Below, piece by piece: positions 1 through 11,115 of a DNA stretch of 64,000 bases; position 1 is the first letter of the stretch; each line of letters starts with the position of its first letter. The stretch comes from the human T2T-CHM13v2.0 reference genome, Homo sapiens: the NCBI RefSeq assembly GCF_009914755.1, contig NC_060929.1; one strand, 5' to 3'. Under the pieces are notes generated by a model that worked only from the letters and a program-made list of their open reading frames with translations, searched no databases and was not told the origin of the DNA. Both the position numbers and the translations under genes were made by a program.

Positions 1-1184
1 AATGGAGGTGCTCGGGCAGGCAAGTGTCCTTCATCCAGCTCCCCGCCCCTCATCCTATTCCCCTGCCCAAGAGAAGATGAGAACAAGGCGTTTGCCAGAG
101 GCATCTTGGAGGCAGCAGCCAGTCAGAGGCTGTGTTCCGAGGGCACAGTTAAGGTGAACTCAGAGAGCACAGTCCAGAGGCACCAAGGAGCTGAGGACAC
201 ATTCCGGAGACGCAAATGTGCTGCTGCAGCACAGCCACCCCGCTTGCCCAGCAAGCCTCTGGGGAGCCATGGGCACAGGTGCTGCTGTCCCACTCCCAGA
301 TTAGCATAAGTGAACTGGGGCAGGCCAGCTGGTAGAACACCCTATATCCACTGCTGCAGACTCACTGCATGTGCACGCGTGCACACACAGATACATACAA
401 ATGATTAGAAAACATATGCAGAAGAAAAACTAGACCCATCTCCCAAAAAAGGCATTTATCAAAAGGATAGCACATAGAAAAAGACAAACTAACATGATTA
501 TTTTCTTCCCTTTAGTGACTCTGTTTAAGATGATCACAATTCCCATCACTATAATGAGCCATTTCTTGGCTGGAGCACATTTATACAACTCTCACCCAAA
601 AAAGTGCAAAATGTATCTGAAGTAGGGACCATGTATTCATTTAAACAAATTCATGACAAACACCCACTCTGTGCTGGGTATATGCCAGAAAAAGCCAATA
701 TATATGATTCCAAAAATCTGCCAAGAACCCAGAGGTTTTTCAAATAAGTAGATGATTCATATTTCATTTTTATTCAGCTATCTTTGCACTGGGTGGCCAT
801 TGTCTGAGACAGATCCCTCTGCTCCTCAATAGCCCAAGATAGACTGGTTGAATTATGTGATGCTACTGGATTAGAAAATATTTTTTAAAAAAGGAGAGGC
901 TTGGTTTTCCATCCTCTTTCCAAAGCAACCAATGAAATGATAAATAAATATATGTGCATGTTCCCTAGGTGTCTGACAACACAAAATGCCTTGCTACCTC
1001 CATTTTTGCTTTTTTGCCAAGACCAGCAAAGGGGAGGTGACATGGGATAACACATGAAAATGGTCTTTGATTAGCTACCTTGTGAACCATATTTCCTGCC
1101 TCAGTTTCCCATCTCAGCTGATCATGAATGGATGACCCACATATATATAGCAGAGAGCACAGGAGAACAGACACTGCAGGCAAA

Positions 1185-1375
1185 GGGTCTCAGTTCAAAC
1201 TCAGCTGCCACCTGCCACCTCTGTGACTTCAGGTTCAGGTTTGTTACTTTGTATCCTAGAGACGTGGTTTCCTCCTTCCTATGTAAAGGTAATAATAGTA
1301 CCTAAAGTTGTAAAGACTAAATGACATACACATACAAAGTGCTTAGCACATTGCCTGGCACATATGAGTGCACCA
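1185..1375 (+). mobile_element. MIR SINE
   Basis: Degenerate MIR core and 3' motif 'aaagtgcttagcacattgcctggcacata'. Confidence 0.75.
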
Positions 1376-1554
1376 TACTAACATCAGCATGTGGATGGCA
1401 CACGGTAGGCTTCGTAGGCTTACCCAGATAAATCAGTGTCCCTTCCCACATTTGCAAGCTCACAATCCACAACAAGAATGAGAATCTATTGCAAGTCACT
1501 CCTATTTCATAGTCATGCAGTTTTCCAGCACATTTCCACTCCAGCATCTGTCTA

Positions 1555-1718
1555 CAGCTATGCACTGGCTTCCTCCTCTGGATGGGAAACTCCTTGAGGG
1601 CAAGAATTTTGCCCTGTAACCTTAATCTTGTTGATCTTCCACTTCCCCCAGTATGAGCCATAGTATCACGAACAGAGTAGGCACGAGATAAATGTTTGCT
1701 GGATGGGTAAATGAATAA
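1555..1718 (+). mobile_element. L2 LINE 3' end
   Basis: 'aaactccttgagggcaaga...gtaggcac..ataaatgtttgctggatgggtaaatgaat' matches the L2 3' terminus. Confidence 0.7.
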
Positions 1719-2189
1719 AATGGAGAATAGGAAGTACCACCAAAGCAAGCCCTGCAAAAGTACTGTGGCTAGTCATAGGAAGGAGGGATTGTTTTTATCT
1801 GCTTATACCAAAGTAGAGGTTAGGGGAGATCAAAGAGAGGGTCATGGAGGAGGGCAACCGAAAGCTTGGCTTGGAGAATAGGCTGTACTTAGTGCGACTG
1901 ACTGGGGAGGGTCATTTCAGTCTCTCGGTGGCCTAAATTCATGCTTCCTCTGCCCTCAATAGTACAATGAAGTACAGGTGCATGAATATCAGAAGACTGG
2001 GTGGGGGTACTTTTCCTTGCATTCAAACTCATTTTTTTCTGAAGTGTCCAGAGTCCTTATCACAGGGAGTTCACATCAGCTCCGTCTTTCAAAGAGATTT
2101 TTATTTTCCACCCAACCTGGTTTAGCATCATTGAGAAGGTCTTCCATATAAAATATTAATAAATAATATAGTTAGGAAGCCTCGGATTC

Positions 2190-2660
2190 ATTCTGGGCCC
2201 TTCAGTACCCCTGAAAGAAATAGGCAAATTGGACAGAAATCAAAGAAGGGAAGCCACGAGGATTAAAGAGAACAGCAGCAGGAGCTACTTATAAGGGTTC
2301 CCGCAGCACCAGCCAGGAATAAGCAAAGCTCAGGGATGACAAAAAGAACCGAGGATCAAATACTCTCCCTGAGCAAGGGTGTAGGCACACCGATGAAGGG
2401 AAAGAATTGCTCAGGGTCACGCAAAGGGGTAGAGCAGAGCGGAATGGGATGTAATTACAGAAAGGAAAACTTGGGCTGAATATCAGGGCAACCTTCTTAA
2501 GAGCGGGCTCTATTCGAGTGCGGAATGGCTTCCCAAGGGAGGCAGTGGAAGCCCCATCGCTTGAGGTGCATAAAGCCACTGGACAAAGAGCTGAGAAAGA
2601 GAGTGTGAGGAATAATCTGCCTGGGCAGGGGGTGGGACAGGTGACCTCACGGGGCCGCAC
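2190..2660 (+). mobile_element. CR1/L3 LINE 3' remnant (ORF2 C-terminus plus 3' UTR)
   Basis: ORF 2518+ reads RNGFPREAVEAPSLEVHKA, resembling the CR1 ORF2 C-terminal motif WNxLPREVVESPSLEVFK; followed by CR1-type tail 'ggacaggtgacctc'. Confidence 0.75.
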
Positions 2661-3099
2661 GGCTCCACACTTCAATGACACGTCAAGATGTATTTCATCA
2701 GGCACCCACTGGCGAGAGCCTGAAGCATTGTCCCCCACACCCACCCCTTGGCCATTGTGCTTTCTCAATAAACCACTCAAGAAATATTCCCATTCACTTC
2801 AAGAGCTCCTCCATGGCTCCTGGCTGCCAGTCAGAGCCATGAGAATAATGTCTCGTCGTGGACCTGGCATGTTCACACTATAAGGCAAAATGTACCTTTC
2901 TTTGAAGGAGGAATTTTCACTCCGGCTCAAGTGCCTTGGTCTTTGCTCCTGGAATCTTGATATTTTTGTTTTGGTTTTGTTCTTGTTTTGTTTGAGACCC
3001 TTTTCAATTCAAAAGAAACTCATTATCCTTACTGCCAGATCCTGAATAACCAACATAAAATTGCGATACTTTAACATAGCCTCTGAATTAATCAATCAC

Positions 3100-3970
3100 C
3101 TCCTTTTTGCTCCCAGGGGAGAGTCCAGCATTTCTGACATGAACCCTAGTGCCTTCCAGGCCCTGACCCAGGACAGCCTGTGCAGCTTCACCTTTCACCC
3201 CCCTCCTCCCCTCCTCTGCTCCAGCATTATAAGCTATTTAGGGTTTTCCAAACAAGCTATGTTCCCTTCTCCTCCGGGAATTGTCCCAGCTGTTCCCTCT
3301 GTCCCAAACACTCTCATGCTCTTCCCATCTTTATTACTGTCTTAGTTGGCTGGGGCTGCCATAACAAAATACCATAGACTGTGTGGCTGATAAACAAAGG
3401 AAATGTATTTCTCACAGTTCTGAAGGCTGAGAAGTCCAAGATGAGGGTGCTGCAGATTCAATATCTGCTGAGGGCTCTCTTCCCAGTCTGCAGAGGGCTG
3501 CCTTCTTGCTGCAACCTCACATGGCACAAAGAACGAGAGAGAGAGCGCTCTCCTCTCTTTTCCTCTTCTTATGAAGACGGTAATGCCATCATGGCAGGGG
3601 AGGACTATACCTTCCTAACTTTCTCTAAACCTAATTACCTCCCAAAAACCTCACCTCCTAATAATATCACATCGGGGGTTGGAGCTTTGAAATAATGAAT
3701 ATTGGAAAGACACAAACTTTCAGTCTATAACATTTCAAAGCTCAAAGCTCTTCTTTTTTTAGGACCTACCCTTAAATGTTAGCTTAGGGCCCCTCCAAGA
3801 GACATCTATGACATCCTGGATTTAAGTATGGAATCACTGAACATAACGTGTGCTTACTGGTCCAACTTTCCCACCAGTCTCCAGGAGAGCAAGAGCTGTG
3901 TCCATATTATTTTCTGCTGTAATTTCAAGACCTGGCACACATGTGCTTTTATGCATCTAAATAAATCAAG
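3100..3970 (+). mobile_element. L2 fragment interrupted by a MaLR LTR
   Basis: L2-like 'gctgttccctctgtcccaaacactctc' before the LTR and 'agagcaagagctgtgtcc...acctggcacac' after it. Confidence 0.55.
3338..3732 (-). mobile_element. ERVL-MaLR solo LTR (MLT1A/MST group)
   Basis: Starts 'tgtcttagtt..ggctgccataacaaaataccatagactg', contains 'tatttctcacagttctgaaggctgagaagtccaagat' and 'cctaattacctcccaaa', ends 'cagtctataaca'. Confidence 0.85.
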
Positions 3971-4009
3971 AGGAGCAGCACATTAAATGGAGCCCGTGGG
4001 CACTTGGTG

Positions 4010-4500
4010 CTACTCATTGGCCTCACATGTACCTCAGGGCTTATTATGTGCGGGACAAGGGCTGAGTCTTCTGAAAAACACAAAGATAAACTAGAAACTA
4101 ACCCTCAAGGACTTATGGCCTAGACAGAGAAAAGATGCACATAGAAATAACCTGTGCTCCAAAGTACAAAGCTGAAAGTGCCAGAAGACATGGACACATG
4201 CTATGGAAATTCAGAGGCAAGATGAGTACTTCCAGCTGCCTTAGAGGGAGCTGGAAAGCCTCCTAGAAGAGGCTGGTAGTCAACGTGAAGATGATGACCA
4301 GAAAATGGGTATACCAGATCAGCAGACCAGAATAAGCAAGGGCAAGAAAATGGAAAATCTCCAGCACACCTGGCTCAAACCTGGATTTAATTGAAATTTA
4401 GTTAAAAGGGAAGCTATTTGGTATCTTGAATGTCAAGTTTGGGTTTATTATGCACACAGGGGAATGACATAATCAGACTTTGCTCTGTGGTATGATTTGG
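4010..4500 (-). mobile_element. L2 fragment
   Basis: 'accctcaaggacttatggcctag' and downstream purine-rich L2-type sequence. Confidence 0.5.
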
Positions 4501-4796
4501 TGGAATGTGGACATCTGCACTACAATTGTAGGAAAACCTTTAGTCTGCCACTTTTTAAGCACTCAATCAGCGAATATCAGTAGTCATGGAGGATTAACCG
4601 TGTCTGCTTTCCAGGCGGGGGTGGGGGAGGCTGCGAGGTAGCTCCTACCTCAGAAATCATCTAACAAAATGTCATCATGGAAATCTGTCCTTCTTGGACC
4701 CACAGAGCCCAGGATCCCACAGAGGCGCACAACTACCAAGCTAACAAACACCATGGATTATGAAGTCTGAATATTCCAATTTGGAATTCTGAAACA

Positions 4797-4838
4797 GAAT
4801 ACACTTATACCCTCTCAAGGAATACACTTATACCCTCT
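4797..4838. repeat. Short tandem duplication (19-bp unit, period 23)
   Basis: 'gaatacacttataccctct' at 4797-4815 and 4820-4838. Confidence 0.95.
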
Positions 4839-5052
4839 TACCACTCTCCTCATTAAAGGCTTCACCCAGGGGCTTTCCTGCTCTCTTTCTAACTGCAGCA
4901 CCCAGTACTTACTTACCTGGCGGGTAGCTGTAGTGCCTTGCCTCGCCCTGGTGCATTCTGGGAGAGTTTTCTTGTTCTCACTTCAATTTAGCAGAATCAC
5001 CAGCTGCAGCCTTTGCTAGTAAGAGAACCACAAAGCAACTAGCCAAGGAGCT

Positions 5053-5345
5053 GGGTGTGATGGATCCTGCAAACTGCTTCACCTGGAAGAGGACTGAACA
5101 ACTTGGAGATTGTGTGCAGGACGGTTTCTCAGTCCACACACCTGCTGAAACCAAAGGGCAGGATTTGCCCAAGAATTGGAGGTCCCACATCAGATCGCGA
5201 CGAGTCCAGGGAGTAGTAATAACTGTGACAACCTCTACTACTGTGTCCAGAACTGTGGTATCCTAGGCCACTTAAATACATCCTCTTTTCTAATGTTCTG
5301 AAGGTGAAGTGATTCGTCTGATGGGAAGGATCAGTAAACAAAAGC
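5053..5345 (+). repeat. Local duplication, segment A (donor copy)
   Basis: Highly similar to 6529-6794. Confidence 0.95.
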
Positions 5346-5460
5346 TTAAAGAGGTAAAATAACTTCCCCAAGGCCAGACAGCTGGCAAGTGGTGAAGCTG
5401 GGATTTGAACCTAGGTTTGTCTGACTCTAGAGCCCAGGATCTTAAGCATTTTGCTGTGCT
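5213..5460 (-). mobile_element. MIR SINE
   Basis: 'aacttccccaaggccagacagctggcaagtggtgaagctgggatttgaacctaggtttgtctgactctagagccc'. Confidence 0.8.
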
Positions 5461-5625
5461 ATTTGGCTGCTATAGTTCTTGGAACGTTCTTGGAACATTC
5501 TCAGGGAGACATCAAAGACAGGAAGTTCATACAGGCCACCTTATCCAGCCTTTTACAAGGAGAGAAGATAAAACAGGCTCTTTCCACACAATTAGCCTTC
5601 TGACTGCACCCCCTTCACCCCACCG

Positions 5626-5644
5626 CCCCCCCCCCCCCCCCCCC
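5626..5644. repeat. Poly-C run (C19)
   Basis: 19 consecutive C. Confidence 0.95.
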
Positions 5645-6451
5645 GCAGGTCAAATGGAGGATGGACTCCAATGGAAAGTGAATCCCCAACAGAGGACACT
5701 TCCTGGTGGACTATCTCTGGAATAAAACCACTCCAGATGAAAGGATGGCCTGTATATGAATTGAAACCAATTATGATTATAATCATTATCTGTGTAACAT
5801 TTGGGTAGGAGACAGCTCCTGACAGCTTTTTGTGAGAAGTTATGTCTGTCTGACAGAGCAGACTTTAATTGAAAATGTCAACCACCTTGAAGATCATTAG
5901 GGCAAAGCTCTTAGCCTCAAGAAAAGACAAAACTGAAAACAATCATCTGTTGCTGACTACCACCAGCTGTATTGGGGTGGACAGAAAAAAGATGAACATA
6001 TGGCACGTGGGGCTTTTCTGTAAACCATTCACGCACCTCAGGTTTGCTGTGAGTGAAAGAGACACTCATTCCAGACACACACATTTGAGGAAGAATGATA
6101 ATGTGAGGGGTTAGACCCAAACAATGCAGACTGGAGACGTTGAATCAGGAACACGTACAAATACAGCAAACCTCTCAAGCATAAATTCTTGTAGCAAGAA
6201 CCCAGCTTTTCAGAGGCAAAGGAACCAATACAATGGAACCATCTATAGTCAGAGCCTAATAACACTGCAAGTTTCGAAGGAAGATATTCGTTCATCCTGT
6301 CTCTGTCCTCCTCCTAAACACACTCTATAGGGGCACACGCACACACACTCATGCACACATTTATCATCAGGATTTCCACTGAATTATCCAAACTTAACTG
6401 CTTCTTCCAAGGATCCAAAGATCCTTGATCCTAGATTTTAAGATCTAGATG

Positions 6452-6805
6452 CTAGAACCCAAGATCTTAACCATTTTGTTATGCTATTTGGTTGCTATAT
6501 ATCTTGGAACAAAGCCTTGGTATAGTGGGGGTGTGATAGCACCTGCAAACTGCCTCACCTGTGTGCAGGATGCTTTCTCAGTCCACACCCCTGCTGAAAC
6601 CAAAGGGCAGGATTTGCCCAAGGATTAGGGGTCCCACATCAGATGGTGATGAGTCCAAGGAGTAGTAATAACTGCAACAACCTCTACTACTGTATCCAGA
6701 ACTGTGGTATCCTAGGCCACTTAAATACATCCTCTTTTCTAATGCTCTGAAGGTGAAGTGATTCGTCGGATGGGAAGGATCAGTAAACAAAAGCCTTGGT
6801 ATAGT
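6452..6805 (+). repeat. Local duplication, derived permuted copy (B' then A')
   Basis: 6452-6510 resembles 5428-5485; 6529-6794 resembles 5053-5345; A' is flanked by direct repeat aaagccttggtatagt (6511-6526, 6790-6805). Confidence 0.9.
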
Positions 6806-7167
6806 TGTGAATAGTTTCCCAGCTGATATGTCTTTAGTAGTTTTCTGAGGAAACAAAAGGCATGTGACTATTAGAGAAAGATGCATTTTATAAATATGCA
6901 ATATTCTTTTCACTACAAACACTGAAAATGAGAAAGAAAGCAGTGGGTAAAAATTCAGATATTAATACATATATCATTTAGGGGATTTCTCTGACAAACT
7001 GTGCTATATAAAATAAAATATATACACAGTACTTATTTTTAATACTTTTATCTCATTGTGAAGCAGTGTCCTAAGATATCATCACATTTAGCATTGTGTC
7101 CCTGTATATATGAAACCCCTATCTGGTAATATACAAAGAACATCAAATATAATATCATTAACTAACT

Positions 7168-7388
7168 GTCAAGAGCCCTAGCTCTGAAATCAGACCACCT
7201 GCATTCAATCCTAGTTCTATCACTGACTCATCATGTAACCTTGGGCAAGTTGCTTCAGCTATTTTAGCTTTACAAAGTTTATTTATAAATTGGGGATAAT
7301 AATAGTAGCTGGAACCCCATAGGAAAAACACATTTAGCACAGTGTTTGACACGTGGTAAGCCCTCAACAAATGAGAGTCCTTATTAAT
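7168..7388 (+). mobile_element. MIR SINE
   Basis: 'gctctgaaatcagac..ttcaatcctagttct..tgtaaccttgggcaagtt..tttagcacagtgtttgacacgtggtaagccctcaacaaatg'. Confidence 0.85.
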
Positions 7389-7715
7389 ATTGTATGTTGT
7401 TTTGCTTCACTGGACATTAGAATTGGGTAAGTGGGACTGGATTACTAGTTATCATGAATTCCAAATAGAGACTTTAATTTCATATACAAGGAAATAGGGA
7501 TCCAGTGAAGGTTTTTGAAGGAGGAATGGTCTACTAAAGTGGTCTTTAAGAAAGTTCCAGCCCGTGGGGTTTAATACACTGTAAGGAGAAATGCTGGAAT
7601 AGAGTGGCCATCTAGAAAGGCTCTACAATGACCCAGGGTTGGCGCCATACATCTCCAGAAGAGAATAGTAGAAATGGCAAAAGCAAGGCAAGTGTTGTTG
7701 CAAGAATGTGGTCGA

Positions 7716-7905
7716 AGGAGGAGGAGGGGGAAGAAGGGAGGGGAGAGGAGAGAAAGAGAAAAGATAGTAGAAGAGGGAGGGGGAAGGAGGGAAGGAGGAA
7801 GAGAGGAAGGGAGGAAGGGAGGAAAGGAGGAAGGGAGGGAGGGGGGAAGGAATGAAGGGAGGGAAGTGGGAGGGAGGGAGGGAGGGAGGGAAAGAAAGAG
7901 AAAAG
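7716..7905. repeat. GA-rich (GGAA/GGAG)n low-complexity tract
   Basis: About 190 bp of almost pure purine. Confidence 0.9.
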
Positions 7906-8109
7906 ACTGTTTCAGGTGACTAGAAAGACTGATCATGAGTCACAAATGAATCCAGGGCAGTCATCTGACGAATTGAATCTTCTGTCTTTCAGGAGGTCAC
8001 ATTAATGCAAACAGAGGCCAGAATGACACATAGGCTAGTCATCATTCTAACTAGACAGTCTTTAGGGAATCTTTAGGGCTAACTTCCAGAGTCTAAAAGT
8101 GTACTGATA

Positions 8110-8300
8110 ACCATTCATTCACTTCATTTAGCAAGTGTTTATTGGATACACACACACACACACACATTCCGGAGGCACTGTGCCAGGCTCTGAGGACACA
8201 AGAGAGAAAAAAGCAGTGCTCCTTTGGATCTTAAAATCTAGCAAGGTGAAAGGCTATATAATAATTACAGAAAGAAGTAATTAATTCCAGTTGTGATATA
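8110..8300 (-). mobile_element. L2 3' fragment containing (CA)n at 8148-8166
   Basis: 'cattcattcacttcatttagcaagtgtttattgg...ctgtgccaggctctg'. Confidence 0.6.
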
Positions 8301-9091
8301 TATTATACGTGGCATCCATAACTGGATCCAAATCTCCCCAGAAAAGCTTCTAAACAGAACAGGTCTCTCTTGACATATGCATACAAGACCTCTAACATAA
8401 CTTCCAGAATCATTCTGGGTTCTAGAATCAGGGAGGCAAGCTGAGCAGATTTTACCTAAGAGTGTGGCAGTGCCTCTTCTAAGCAGAAGTCTGAATTCCT
8501 GGGAAAACTGTGAACCATCTCTGAAATCTCAACTGAAATGGGAAACAGAATAGTGGGGAGGGCAGGGGGCGCCAGGGACCCTGAAATGGGAAAGAAGGCA
8601 TTGAAATATTCTATGCAGCACAACTGCTCCATGTTTGGGTCAATCAAGTGACTTATAATCATTTCTCTCATAATCTATAGAAAATAAGATTATGCAAAAT
8701 CAGCAGTTGGAAATGCCAGACCCTCTTGTGCAGGGAAAGCTTTATCATCACACTGATTTCCACTGAGCCCGGACTGCGCCTTCCTAGACTTCCCATCAAA
8801 GCACTCCAAGCAGCCACAAGCAATTGATTTGTGTAAGCAGGAGAGACAAAACTTATTTGAAATTCATCAGTTATTCTTTACTTTTTTATTATTATACTTT
8901 AAGTTCTGGGATACATGTGCAGAACATGCAGGTTTGTTACATAGGTATACATGTGCCATGGTGGTTTGCTGCACCCATCAACCCGTCATCTACATTAGTT
9001 TCTCCTAATGCCATCCCTCCCCTTGTCCTCCACCCCCCTACAGGCCCCAGCATGTGATGTTCCCCTCCCTGTGCCCATATATTCTCATTGT

Positions 9092-10260
9092 TCAACTCCC
9101 AAGTATGAGTGAGAACATGCAGTGTTTGCTTTTTTGTTCCTGTGTTAGTTTGCTGAGAATGATGGTTTCCAGCTTTATCCATATCCCTGCAAAGGACATG
9201 AACTCATTCTTTTTTATGGCCACATAGTATTCCATGGTGTATATGTGCCACGTTTTCTTTATCCAGTCTATCATTGATGGGCATTTGGATTGGTTCCAAA
9301 TCTTTGCTATTGTGAATAGTGCTTCAATAAACATACGTGTGCATGTGTCTTTATAGTAGAATGATTTATGATCCTTTGGGTATACACCCAGTAACGGGAT
9401 TGCTGGGTCAAATTGTATTTCTGGTTCTAGATCCTTGAGGAATCACCACACTATCTTCCACAGTGGTTGAACTAATTTACATTCCCACCAACAGTGTAAA
9501 AGTGTTCCTATTTCTCCACATCCTCTCCACCATCTGTTGTTTCCTGACTTTTGAATGATCACCATTCTAACTGGCGTGAGATGGGATCTCATTGTGGTTT
9601 TGATTTGCATTTCTCTAATGACCAGCGATGATGAGCTTTTATTCATATGTTTGTTGGCCACATAAAAGTCTTCTTTAGAAAAATGACTGTTCATTTCCTT
9701 CACCCACTTTTTGATGGGGTTGTTGGTTTTTTTCTCTTGTAAATTTGTTTAAGTTCCATGTAGATTCTGGATATTAGCCCTTTGTCAGATGGATAGATTG
9801 CAAAAATTTTCTCCCATTCTGTAGGTTGCCTGTTCACTCTGATAATAGTTTATTTTGCTGTGCAGAAGCTCTTTAGTTTAATTAGATCCCATTTGTCAAT
9901 GTTGGCTTTTGTTGCAATTGCCTTTAGTATTTTAGTCATGAAGTCTTTGCCCATGCCTATGTCCTAAATGGTATTGCCTAGATTTTCTTCTAGGGTTTTT
10001 ATGGTTTTAGGTTTTAGGTTTAAATCTTTAATCCATCTTGAGTTAATTTTTGTATAAGATGTAAGGAAGGGGTCCAGTTTCAGTTTTCTGCATACAGCTG
10101 GACAGTTTTCCCAACGCCATTTATTAAATAGGGGATTCTTTCCCCATTACTTGTTTTTGTCAGGTTTGTCAAAGATCAGATGGTTGTAGATGTGTGGTGT
10201 TATTTCTGAGGCCTCTGTTCTGTTCCATTGGTCTATATATCTGTTTTGGTACTGGTACCA
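9092..10260 (-). pseudogene. L1 ORF2 C-terminal remnant (Cys-rich domain), disrupted
   Basis: MFIEALFTIAKIWNQSKCPS...; WRGCGEIGTLLHCWWECKLVQPLWK; multiple stops and frameshifts. Confidence 0.92.
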
Positions 10261-10261
10261 T

Positions 10262-11115
10262 GAAATTCCGAGTTGAAAATTCTTTAAGAATGTTGAATAT
10301 TGGCCCCCACTCTCTTCTGGCTTGTAGGGTTTCTGCAGAGAGATCTGCTGTTAGTCTGATGGGCTTCCCTTTGTGGGTAACCCAACCTTTCTCTCTGGCT
10401 GTCCTTAACATTTTTTCCTTCATTTCAACCTTGGTGAATCTGACAATTATGTGTCTTGGGGCTGCTCTTCTCAAGGAGTATCTTTGTGGTGTTCTCTGTA
10501 TTTCCTGAATTAGAATGTTGGCCTGCCTTGCTAGGTTGGGTAAGTTCTCCTGGATGATATCCTGTATGATATTCTGGATGATTTCCAACTTGGTTCCATT
10601 CTCCCCATCACTTTCAGGTACACCAATCAGACATAGATTTGGTCTTTTCACATAGTCTCATATTTCTTGGAGGCTTTGTTCATTCCTTTTCATTCTTTTT
10701 TCTCTAATCTTGTCTTCATGCTTTATTTCATTAAGTTGATCTTCAATCTCTGATATCCTTTCTTCCACTTGATCAATTTGGCTATTGATACTTCTGTATG
10801 TTTCGGGAAGTTCTCGTGCTGTGTTTTTCAGCTCCATCAGGTCATTTATGTTCTTCTCTAAACTGGTTATTCTAGTTAGCAATTTCTCTAACCTTTTATC
10901 AAGGTTCTTAGCTTCCTTGCATTGGGTTAGAACATGCTCCTTTAGCTCAAAGGAGTTTGTTATTACCCACCTTCTGAAGCCTACTTCTGTCAATTCGTCA
11001 AACTAATTCTCCATCCTGTTTTGTTCCCTTGCTGGCGAGCAGTTGTGATCCTTTGGAGGAGAAGAGGCATCCCGGTTTTTGGCATTTTCAGCCTTTTTCA
11101 CTGGTTTTTCCTCAT
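10262..11115 (-). pseudogene. L1 ORF1 remnant, disrupted
   Basis: ATG at 11115 (MRKNQ then TGA); coiled-coil and RRM peptides KRPNL.LIGVPESDGENGTKLE and [25 protein letters not shown]; internal stop at 10658. Confidence 0.92.

Noticed and set aside
4906-4924. 'tacttacctggcggg' resembling the U1 snRNA 5' end
   Set aside because: Similarity stops after about 12 nt; better read as a minus-strand splice donor consensus.
7571-7936. Low-complexity ORFs here and at 34397-34823
   Set aside because: Translations of simple purine repeats and Alu sequence.
10255-10265. L1 deletion as an RNA-spliced L1 integrant
   Set aside because: The junction is a CAT microhomology with no GT donor following in the ORF1 consensus.
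10169-10651. 160-aa ORF as a functional ORF1-ORF2 fusion protein
   Set aside because: ORF1 has upstream stops, and the sequence near and beyond the junction is read out of frame; it is a decayed L1.
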